A stretch of 64,000 nucleotides of DNA from Ranitomeya imitator (lineage: Eukaryota), in NCBI RefSeq assembly GCF_032444005.1, contig NC_091286.1:46748001-46812000 (forward strand), in the 5' to 3' direction. Shown here in pieces: positions 48,690-59,495 of the stretch. Numbering within the stretch: position 1 is the first letter of the stretch; every line of letters starts with the position of its first letter. Made by a program: the position numbers and the translations under genes. Below the pieces are notes generated by a model. That model was not told where the DNA came from, searched no databases, and saw only the letters and a program-made list of their open reading frames with translations.

Positions 48690-48816
48690 TCATTGTTTGA
48701 TCAGTGAGAGGAATTCTTCTCTGGTCTTAGGATCGTCTCTGAAGGCGCCGTGCATTGTGCTGGTGACCGTTCTGCTGTTCATCTTCTGTACTCCTCGCAT
48801 TACCATACACATGTGC
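48690..48816 (-). CDS. gch2: GTP cyclohydrolase I paralogue, exon 6, 127 bp including stop
   Basis: ttacag|G CAC ATG TGT...CAA TGA; encodes [41 protein letters not shown]. Family certain; the gch2 label is inferred. Confidence 0.93.
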
Positions 48817-49467
48817 CTGTAATGAAGAACACAAACCTTCCTCAATAGATGAGCCCTGGAAGTGGTGCAATTAAAGTATTCAACCCCTCGTAATGGTACA
48901 AATTTCCCTTATAATTCATGCTGATTTCTGGTGTAAATTATAGGAAATCTCTTGGGCCTTTTCTTTTAATTTTAAATTTACTTATATGCATTTATTTTTG
49001 ACTAAATCTCATTTTTGCAAATGGGTTTTATTAAAAAAAAAAAAAAAATTTCACTGGTTGCTTTCTATAGCCGATGTGTTGCATTGTCTTGTTGGCTGCA
49101 GAATGAGTTAGCTAGATAATCGGTCAGTGAGCACGTCATGAAGCACACGACTTTTCAGTGACCTGCTCTCACTCTACACATGTCACCATGTTGCCCCGAC
49201 CGAAATCAACTGAGAATATCTCAGAAGAAGGAAGCTAGAATGAGATTTCTAATGGATTTTTAGTTAACTCATTCGCAGCCAGCAATACTAAGTGCAACAC
49301 AGAAGCTATAGAAGACAAACGGTGCATCAGTTTTACTAAAACCCAATTGCACAAATTTATTTTTAGCCAGAAATACATGCATTTTAGTAAAAAAAAAAAG
49401 CATCCATAATATCCTAAAGAGATTAATTTTTAGAAAAGGAAAACAATACAAGAAAGATGCTACTTAC

Positions 49468-49552
49468 AAAGCCTCTATCACAACTGCCACTCCCAATGGC
49501 TGGAGCGCCTCATTGATGGCAAGGGCAATTTGCTTCGTAAGTCGTTCTTGAA
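49468..49552 (-). CDS. gch2: GTP cyclohydrolase I paralogue, exon 5, 85 bp
   Basis: ttacag|TT CAA...GCT TT|gtaagt; encodes (V)[27 protein letters not shown](L). Confidence 0.93.
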
Positions 49553-49743
49553 CTGTAAAATATACAATAGTATTATAATTGGAGATCACAGATGATTACT
49601 AGTTTGGTAATAAGAGGTCCGAATGTTTCACAAAGTTGTTTCATTTCTTCTGTGGATTTTATTACTTTAAAATAATACTCAGCCTCCGTTCTAAATTTAT
49701 CTATGGTACAAAAAAAAAATTGTAAGCCTGTATGAAACCTTAC

Positions 49744-49775
49744 CTTGTAATCTCCGGCTGAAGATTTCTACAATT
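49744..49775 (-). CDS. gch2: GTP cyclohydrolase I paralogue, exon 4, 32 bp
   Basis: tttcag|A ATT GTA...CAA G|gtaagg; encodes IVEIFSRRLQ. Confidence 0.92.
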
Positions 49776-50244
49776 CTGAAAGAAGGAAAAAAAATATATA
49801 TCAAATGGCTGATTAATTATAGGGGGACAGCAAAAAAAATGGGCATAGATCATTAGTTATTTGTATATATATTGACTCTGAGCTGGAGAGAGGAGCTGCT
49901 ATGTTATCTCCAAAACATGGCAGAGAGAAGGCTTCCTGTTCTTCATTGATTACTTTGCACACAGAAAGAAGCAATAGCATGGAGAATAATATTCTGCAGT
50001 ACGAGCAGTGTAGATGTGAATCTGGCTCTGAGTGAGGTAAAAGACTTGTTAGAAAGCTCATCATCTTTGTGTGTCTCCCTCTGCCTGTTTTCTCATCCTT
50101 CCACTGTAACCTGACCAGTCACTGAGCTTCCTGTCAGTCTTGTCTTGCATAAGGAGGAGCAAGTTCTTTCAAAGTGGATGATGATTCATGAGGCAGCGAA
50201 GGGAGGAGGAATGACTCCTAAGTGGAAGCAGAATTCTCTAATAA

Positions 50245-52943
50245 GGGCTGCTGAGCTGTTACAGCACTGACAGCCCGACACGCCCCTGCTATCCAGAGAG
50301 AGGATGAGCTGTCACTGACAGCCTGACACGTCCCTGCTATCCATAGGGCGGCTGAGCTGTCACTGACAGCCTGACACGCCCCTACTATCCACAGGATGAC
50401 TGAGCTGTCACAGCACCGACAGCCTTACACGCCCCTGCTGTCTAGAGAGAGGATGAGCTGTCACTGACAGCCTGACACGCCCCTGCTATCCATAGGGCGG
50501 CTGAGCTATCACAGCACTGAAAGCCTGATCCTGCTATCCATAGGACGGCTGAGCTGTCACAGCACTGACAGCCTGACACGCCCCTGCTTTCCATAGGGCG
50601 GCTGAGCTGTCACAGCACTGACAGCCTGACATGCCCCTGCTATCCATAGGGCGGCTGAGCTGTCACTCACAGCGCTGACAGCCTGACACGCCCCTGCTAT
50701 CCATTGGACGGCTGAGCTGTCACTCACAGCACTGACAGCCTGATGCCACTGCTATCCATAGGGTGGCTGAGCTGTCACAGCACTGACACCCCTGCTATCC
50801 ATAGGGCGGCTGAGCTGTCACTCACAGCACTGACAGCCTGACACGCCCCTGCTATCCATAGGGCGGCTGAGCTGTCACTCACAGCGCTGACAGCCTGACA
50901 CGCCCCTGCTATCCATAGGACGGCTGAGCTGTCACTCACAGCGCTGACAGCCTGACACGCCCCTGCTATCCATAGGACGGCTGAGCTGTCACTCACAGCG
51001 CTGACAGCCTGACACGCCCCTGCTATCCATAGGGCGGCTGAGCTGTCACAGCACTGACAGCCTGACACGCCCCTGCTATCCATAGGACGGCTGAGCTGTC
51101 ACAGAACTGACAGCCTGATGCCACTACTATCCATAGGGCGGCTGAGCTGTCACAGCACTGACACCCCTGCTATCCATAGGGCGGCTGAGCGGTCACTCAC
51201 AGCACTGACAGCCTGACACGCCCCTGCTATCCATAGGGCGGCTGAGCTGTCACTCACAGCGCTGACAGCTTGACACGCCCCTGCTATCCATAGGACGGCT
51301 GAGCTGTCACTGACAGCCTGATGCCCCTGCTTTCCATAGGACTGCTGAGCTGTGACAGCATGACACGCCCCTGCTTTCCATAGGATGGCTGAGCTGTCAC
51401 AGCACTGACAGCCTGACACGCCCCTGCTATCCATTGGACGGCTGAGCTGTCACTCACAGCACTGACAGCCTGATGCCACTGCTATCCATAGGGTGGCTGA
51501 GCTGTCACAGCACTGACACCCCTGCTATCCATAGGGCGGCTGAGCTGTCACTCACAGCACTGACAGCCTGACACGCCCCTGCTATCCATAGGGCGGCTGA
51601 GCTGTCACTCACAGCGCTGACAGCCTGACACGCCCCTATTATCCATAGGACGGCTGAGCTGTCACTGACAGCCTGATGCCCCTGTTATCCATAGGGCGGC
51701 TGAGCTGTCACAGCACTGACAGCCTGATGCCACTGCTATCCATAGGGCGGCTGAGCTGTCACAGCACTGACACCCCTGCTATCCATAGGGCGGCTGAGCG
51801 GTCACTCACAGCACTGACAGCCTGACACGCCCCTGCTATCCATAGGGCGGCTGAGCTGTCACTCACAGCGCTGACAGCTTGACACGCCCCTGCTATCCAT
51901 AGGACGGCTGAGCTGTCACTGACAGCCTGATGCCCCTGCTTTCCATAGGACTGCTGAGCTGTCACAGCACTGACAGCCTGACACGCCCCTGCTTTCCATA
52001 GGATGGCTGAGCTGTCACTCACAGCACTGACAGCCTGACACGCCCCTGCTTTCCATAGGATGGCTGAGCTGTCACTCACAGCACTGACAGCCTGACACGC
52101 CCCTGCTATCCTTAGGGCGGCTGAGCTGTCACAGCACTGACACCCCTGCTATCCATAGGGCGGCTGAGCTGTCACTCACAGCACTGACAGCCTGACATGC
52201 CCCTGCTATCCATAGAGTGGCTGAGCTGTCACTCACAGCGCTGACAGCCTGACACGCCCCTGCTATCCATAGGACGGCTGAGCTGTCACTGACAGCCTGA
52301 CGCCCCTGCTATCCATAGGACGGCTGAGCTGTCACAGCACTGACAGCCTGATGCCACTGCTATCCATAGGGCGGCTGAGCTGTCACTCACAGCACTGACA
52401 GCCTGACACCCCTGCTATCCATAGGGCGGCTGAGCTGTCACTCACAGCACTGACAGCCTGACACGCCCCTGCTATCCATAGGGCGGCTGAGCTGTCACTC
52501 ACAGAGCTGACAGCCTGACACGCCCCTGCTATCCATAGGACGGCTGAGCTGTCACTCATAGCACTGACAGCCTGACACGCCCCTGCTTTCCATAGGACGG
52601 CTGAGCTGTCACAGCACTGACAGCCTGACACGCCCCTGCTTTCAATAGGACGGCTGAGCTGTCACTCACAGCACTGACAGCCTGACACGCCCGTTTTCCA
52701 TAGGACGGCTGAGCTGTCACTCACAGTACTGACACGCCCCTGCTTTCCATAGGACGGCTGAGCTGTCACTCACAGTACTGACACGCCCCTGCTTTCCATA
52801 GGACGGCTGAGCTGTCACTCACAGTACTGACACGCCCCTGCTTTCCATAGGACGGCTGAGCTGTCACTCACAGCACTGACAGCCTGACACGCCCCTGCTT
52901 TCCATAGGACGGCTGAGCTGTCACTCACAGTACTGACACGCCC
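50245..52943. repeat. 2.7-kb variable-unit minisatellite (about 45-57 bp unit) filling GCH intron 3
   Basis: Full unit GCTGAGCTGTCACTCACAGCACTGACAGCCTGACACGCCCCTGCTATCCATAGGGCG with modular dropouts; roughly 50 units. Confidence 0.96.
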
Positions 52944-53029
52944 AGCGTCCCTAGGACATTGTGGCAGAATCGTGACCGTATGATTCTTTTGTTTTCAGTG
53001 AAGAGCAGTCAGTGCCAGAGGAGTCTTAC

Positions 53030-53085
53030 CTTGCCAGTTTGCTCAGGCCAACAACTTTTTTATTTGGTAAATAGCCGATGTGCAC
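53030..53085 (-). CDS. gch2: GTP cyclohydrolase I paralogue, exon 3, 56 bp
   Basis: ttctag|GTG CAC...GCA AG|gtaaga; encodes VHIGYLPNKKVVGLSKLA(R). Confidence 0.93.
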
Positions 53086-53131
53086 CTAGAAATAAAAAAT
53101 AAATAATAATCATTACCCTGAGAACCGCACA

Positions 53132-55757
53132 CAGGGCCGCCATCAGGGCATTACAGGCATCACTGCCGTATGGGGCCCGGTGATGAGGAGCAAAAAGGGG
53201 GGCCCGAGTGAGCACGCTGGCAGCCGGTCTGGTCCGCGCTCTGCTCGGGCCCCCCTGACATTTTTATTGCGGCTGCGGCTGCCAGTGCCGCTGTGCTGTG
53301 CCTGCTGTCCCTAAATGTGCCTTGTACCTTTAAGGCGGCCGGGCCCGCGGTGCATCATGGGCCCGCCCGCCGGAAGTTAGTGACGTCACATGCTGCCCTG
53401 CTCCACTTCCGGGACCAGAGCAAAGCAGCGTGCGGCAGTGTGACACCACGTGGACGGCGGAGGGAGCAGAGAAGAGGCAGCGGGGGACCACCGGACGACG
53501 AGGGACCCGGCGGAGGAGAAGAGGCACGCGGCTGCAGCGGGGGACCGGCAGAGGAGAGGGCAGAGGCAAGCGCCAGCGGGGCCCGGGGCCAGAAGAGGCA
53601 AGCACCGGCGGGCGGCGGCAGCGGGGAACCGGCGGGCGGCGGGGGACCAGTCAGACGGCGGAGGAGAAGAGGCAGGCGGGGGAGGGGACCACCAGACGAC
53701 GAGGGACCCGGCGGAGGAGCAGACGGCAGCGGGGGACTAGAATGCTGGACACACAGGGGCAGAAATGCTGGACACAGTGGGGCAGAATGCTGGACACAGT
53801 GGGGCAGAATGCTGGACACACGGGCAGAAATGCTGGACACACAGGGGCAGAAATGCTGGACACACAGGGGCAGAAATGCTGGACACAGTGGGGCAGAATG
53901 CTGGACACAGGGGCAGAATGCTGGACACACAGGGGCAGAAATGCTGGACACAGTGGGGCAGAAATGCTGGACACAGTGGGGCAGAATGGTGGACACACAG
54001 GGGCAGAAATGCTGGACACACACAGGGGCAGAAATGCTGGACACAGTGGGGCAGAAATGCTGGACACAGTGGGACAGAATGGTGGACACAGTGGGGCAGA
54101 ATGGTGGACACACAGGGGCAGAAATGCTGGACACAGTGGGACAGAATGGTGGACGCAGTGGGACAGAATGGTGGACACAGTGGGGCAGAATGCTGGACAC
54201 AGTGGGGCAGAAATGCTGGACACAGTGGGGCAGAATGGTGGACACACAGGGGCAGAAATGCTGGAGACAGTGGGGCAGAAATGCTGGACACAGTGACAGG
54301 GGCAGAAATGCTGGACACAGTGACAGGGGCAGAATGCTGGACACAGTGACAGGGGCAGAATGCTGGACACAGGGGCAGACTGTGAGACCCAGGGGCAGAA
54401 TGCTGGACATTGGGGCAGAATGGAGATACGGGGCATGATTGGAGACACGGGGCAGGATGAAAGACATGGGGGCATGACTGGAGACAGATGGGGCAGGATT
54501 GGAGACAGATGGGGCAGAATGGAGACACGGGGCATGATTGGAGACAAGTGTCAGGATTGCAGACATGGGGGCATGGTTGGAGACATAGGGGGCAGAATGG
54601 AGACATGGGGGCATGGTTGGAGACATAGGGGGCAGAATTGGAGACAGATCGTGCAGGATCATGGGGCAGGATGGATATGATGGAGACAGATGGGGCAGGA
54701 TGGAGAGATCACATGGGGCGATCATATGGGGCAGGATGGGGAGATCATATGGGGCAGAATGGATACTCATGAGGGCAGGATGGGAGAACATCTGGCTGAC
54801 GCCAGGAATGAGACACACGGGGCCAGGCTGGGGGATATTATTAATACCATAGGGGCTAATTTAGGGATATTATTACTGCAGTGATGTATTTATTTTATTT
54901 TTTGAGTATACTGTTTTAAATGGGGGGCGGTCCTGTTACTGTATAGAGTGATACTATGTCGCCTTCTTCATGTGGTGTAATGTAGAAGTTGTGAAAAATT
55001 AAGTAATGTGTTCTGCAAGCGGAGCTCGAGATAACTGTGTTATTTCCTGCAGAGAGAAGTCCTGGCTGGATGAAATGATGGCGGTCTGTGCTGGATGAAA
55101 GATGAAGGACTTCACCTAGAGACGTCACTGGTGAGTCAGTGTGTTACCTATACACTGACACTATACACTGTATACAGAGCTCCTGTGTATAATTTCACTA
55201 GTGATCACTATATTATCTGTACACAGACACTGCATACTAAGTACAGATCTCCTGTGTATAATGGCACTTATGGTGATAGTATGGTGCTTTTTTTTAAATT
55301 ACTGATCAGAATTGTAGTATTCAGTCACTATGTGGTGGTAGTATGTGATCTGGTCATGGTGTTGTGGTATTTGTTCCTTCTATGTGATATTATTGGGCAT
55401 TTTAAAAATTGAAAAATAAATAAAAATATACCTAAATTGTATTGCATATTTTAACAAATATTTAATAGGTTACAGCAGAGTAGGGCCCGGCCAAAAGTGT
55501 CTACCGTGTTATGGTGGCGGCTTAAAAAATCTTTTGGCCAAAACAAAAGCTGCCGGCTATATGTGTGATCTGGTGATGGGAACTGTCAATGTGTGATTGG
55601 TGAGAAGTGGAGTTTTTCCAAGAGAGAGCGGTGGGACTGTGGACAGTTCGAGGGGTGGAGCCCGGAGGCGGGGCTGGGGTGGAGCCTGGGCGGAGTCTCA
55701 AGGGGGCCCCGAAAATTTTGCCTGTATGGGGCCCCGAAATTTCTAGTGGCAGCCCTG
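53132..55757. mobile_element. Non-autonomous hAT-type element, 2626 bp, in GCH intron 2
   Basis: 11-bp TIR CAGGGCCGCCA / TGGCAGCCCTG; perfect 8-bp TSD ACCGCACA (53124..53131, 55758..55765). Confidence 0.92.
53740..54790. repeat. 21-23 bp tandem array GGGGCAGAA(A)TGCTGGACACA(GT/CA), grading into a degenerate variant, inside the hAT element
   Basis: Directly visible; source of several overlapping pseudo-ORFs. Confidence 0.92.
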
Positions 55758-55953
55758 ACCGCACATGCACCGTCTCCCTGCACAGAGTGAGCAAGAGAGA
55801 TGCTGTACGGAGCAGTGAACATCTGAGACTACTAGGGATGTAACAAGGAACAATCAGGTAAAACATTTTTATAAAAAAAAAATCTATAACTTGATCCTTT
55901 TAATTAATAGCTGACAGCGTTATGTATTGTCCTTGTTTGGTTTTAGTACATAC

Positions 55954-56063
55954 CCTGCCGAAGAACGGCACCAAGTGATGTTCACAGAGCGAAAAAACAT
56001 CAATGTCCTTCACAATGACAATCTCATCATGGTCTTCATCAAATATGGCGCTGTTGAGAATAT
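55954..56063 (-). CDS. gch2: GTP cyclohydrolase I paralogue, exon 2, 110 bp
   Basis: ttgcag|AT ATT...GGC AGG|gtatgt; encodes (D)[36 protein letters not shown], including the CEHH zinc-binding motif. Confidence 0.94.
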
Positions 56064-58731
56064 CTGCAATACACAGATGCAGAAATCATTCGTTCAGTAT
56101 CCTGACAATTACACCAAATGTATCCAGGTATCGTTACCGTAAATTTTTATGATTTGTTTGTTTTTTTTATTCCAAAATTAACTAGAAATTGCGCCTAATG
56201 ACGCTTCCCCCTTAAGTTGTTCTTCTATAAAAGTGGATGGGACAATAGTGCCCTCCATTCTATATTCCATAAATCCATAAATCCCCATGCCTCTCACCTA
56301 GGAGAATGTTCACCACCGTACCCCTTTTTTTTTTGCAGTCACAAGTGGAAGGTAGGAGTAAATGGAGGACTGGTTGTGTAAAACTCCCGACACATCTCTA
56401 ACATGTTTGTACGTCTATAAATACTTTTGTTCCTCATAAAACGTTATGTCTGGGACATCATTTTGTTTTTCAACTGTTCCTCTGTTTTTTTTTTCATGGC
56501 AATACTTGAATAATTGAAATCTAGTTCCTTCTTTTACCTTTATAAATTAGCTTATGTCACTGCCCAATCTGACACATTCCTATTATCAGTGCTCAGAGAG
56601 AAATTCCCGGCCTGACTGCAGCCTTCTCATCTCTACCTGCATCCTCATGGTGTAAGATTGGATAACCTTTTTCATGTGGATTAATCTGCAATGCGTCACT
56701 GACAATCTGCATTCATCATGTTTGAGATGTATATTCTCCTAAATTTCCCTCTTCCCGCGTGCACCCCGCTCTGCAGTCTGCTCCCTTCCGGTATGCAGCA
56801 TTACGTAACCAACACTTGGGTCCACTCTCCGGTACACCAGTGGGTGTGCGCCATTTGGAAATACCTGTTTTGTGGGTTCTTCGGAAAATTGCATTTGTAC
56901 TTGGTTTTAGCCTCAAGGGGTTGTCTGGTGAAAACAAATAATCACTTATCCAGAGGACACCTTGCTGATCAGCCGGCATCCGACACCGATCTGCGGTATG
57001 GGGCACTTTTATTCCCATTAGAATGGAACGTTAGTGCACATGTGTGACCTGAGCTCCACTTATTGCATATGGCGCTGCCGAGGACTGCACTCACTTTTTT
57101 CCAGCTAGCTCAAAGAGTATGAATAGAGCGGCCGTCAAGTGCCCGACCTGCTGATCCATTTTAGATAAAAATTCCTAGTTCTGCCAATCAATGTGGGTCC
57201 CAGCGGTGAGACATCCACCGATCAGTAAGTTCTCATCCGTCCTGTCCATACGTGATAGCCTGTTTTCACTGGAGAACCCCTTTAGCCATTCATTTCACCT
57301 CTTATCCAAATCTTCCCAGGGATCCCACCTTCTGGCAATGTCCCGTTCTCACATCAATATGAATGGGCTCAACATTGCCCTTAGTGACATTAATCGAGCT
57401 ATGACCCCAAAGAAGGGGAGCGGGGGACCGACCCCCTATTGTCAGGACGTCAGGTAAGTAATATTTGGGGTCAGAGATTACTCCTTACTTTTGGATATAA
57501 GCATTTTGAAGGAGCAATCAATGCCCATAGTTCAGGACTGATCATGGAGGCCACTTTTCCTGGTCCAGCGGTTCATTTTCTGTTTATTTTGGATGTTAAT
57601 GTTACTGCATTGTGGATGACAGATAAAGTCACACGACTGCAAAGTGAACATAACACAAACAAAATCTAGATCATAATTAGTGCAAAATTAAAGGAAAGTT
57701 TATACAAGTTATTCAACTTTTTATGTAGATATCAAAACCGCCAGGAAAGGGGATAAATGGCTGATGACGGAGGGTCTGACCGCGGGAATACCCCAGTGAT
57801 TGTGAGTAGCGGGGTCGGCAGCCTGATCTTGAATGGGGCAGAAGTTCGCATGCTTGACCTCCGCTCCGTTCACTGTCAGTGGGACTGTCGGAAATAGACG
57901 AGCGCTGAACTCCGCTTCCTCCAGGAGACAAAGGATGGAGCGGAAATCCAACATGCGCACATCCACTCCATTCAGGGTCACTGGGGGGTCCCAGCAGTCG
58001 GACCTCCAGCAATCAGCAAGTTCTCCCCATTCCTGTAGATAGGGAATAACCTATGATGGTGATGGTCACTCAGGTGCACTGCTGGGTACAGGGCCATGGT
58101 TATAACTGTGGTTCGTAACAAGCAATGAATGCACTGAAGTGATCAGTCTTCAGAGATACAGAAGCATAATGGAAAATTGCATGTCTTTGTTCAGCAAAAT
58201 TCCGTCTTCATTTGCTAGAACCAGAATCTCCCCTTTTGTATACGTTATTGCCCCGCAGCACAGTAACCATAGGGTAACTTGTCCAACAACTGTTTATACC
58301 AGAATTGTGGAAGTGAGCCAGCAGGGAAGTCCTAGATCTTGCACTAGCATTATCTATGTGATTTATCAGACACTTTCTGTAGCTTGTAAAGTCTAAAAAA
58401 ATAATAAAAATAGCAGGAAAGTTAATAAAATAATAGATACTCAGCTGTTCAAGCCCCTGCAGATCAAACATTGAGTTTTTGGCTGCAGTAATCATGTACT
58501 GCCACATGACCACTGCAGCCAATCACTGGACGCAGCAGTGCTGCTAGAATGTACACCCTGTGATTGGCTGCAGCAGTCACATGGACGTACGTGATGTCAT
58601 CGCTCCCGCCAAGTAAACAATGACTGACATGCAGAGGACTGAACGTTTTTTTTATGTGCAATTTTGTCAATTCACCACCTATATCTGTGCCCCCCGACCT
58701 GCCCACCCCTGCAGTGTGCAGGTGAACTCAC

Positions 58732-59002
58732 CATGGATGTTCTCCTGATATCCCTTGGTGAAGTACTGCATGGCTTTGGCAGCTCTAAGAGGGGTCTTCT
58801 GTAAGCCTTCCCTTTCGGGATTCTCCCCCAGTTCTTTCAGGATGGTGGTGTAGGCACGTTCTATAGCCGGCAGCTTCTCTTCATGGTGCTCCTTATTGCA
58901 CTGGTTCACACTCTGCTGCACCAAAGTCTTTTTCATGTCCATGGTTCCATTGTAACTGGTGAGATAGTTGCAGTTGACTTCTCCGTTCGTGTGGCTGTTC
59001 AT
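58732..59002 (-). CDS. gch2: GTP cyclohydrolase I paralogue, exon 1 CDS, 271 bp
   Basis: Kozak CCACCATG; encodes MNSHTNG...[48 protein letters not shown], then G|gtgagt. Six exons sum to 681 nt = 226 aa + stop. Confidence 0.93.
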
Positions 59003-59079
59003 GGTGGATGGTATTGGTCACAGGGACAGTACAATGGCAGCTCTGATGGATCAGTCAGACTCATTCAGGGAATCCTCCG

Positions 59080-59220
59080 TATTTATAGATCTCCAGAGCA
59101 CCAAGGCCAATCTCCGATGATAATCTGTGACGTTCTGACTTTCCAGTGGCATGGCCTCTTCTCCCTCAGGCTCAATTGCATATGACTGATGCACATGAAT
59201 AGAAGTAAGGGGGGGCGTCT
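59080..59220 (-). promoter_or_regulatory. Proximal promoter of the GCH paralogue
   Basis: TATAAATA 59080..59087, CCAAT 59107..59111, TGACGTT 59128..59134, TCATGTG 59192..59198, G-rich box about 59209..59218. Confidence 0.55.
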
Positions 59221-59495
59221 GATAAACAGGTTAGCTATGCTGCTCTTCCAGATGAGCTGGCCATTTGCCCTCCCATTCATTACGCTTTCACACATTTTGC
59301 AATTACCACACTAGTGATGAAACATACAGCAGAACATGGTCGAGTTGTAATGCTGGGTGTAGACACAAATATGCAAGTAGTTAATTATGGAAGTAACATT
59401 CAGTTCCATGTATGAAAAGAGGAAGACGATAAAGGTAAATGTCAAACCTGTCGTGTAAAGGGTTAATTTTCCTTGTTGAATAATTTTAGGATATA

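Noticed and set aside
50775-52631. Repeated minus-strand ORFs (DSSAALWIAGACQAVSAV)
   Set aside because: Translations of the intronic minisatellite; no exon boundaries.
53293-54884. Cluster of long overlapping ORFs on both strands (up to 487 aa)
   Set aside because: Products of GC-rich and 21-23 bp tandem repeats inside the hAT element; no transposase or other domain motifs.
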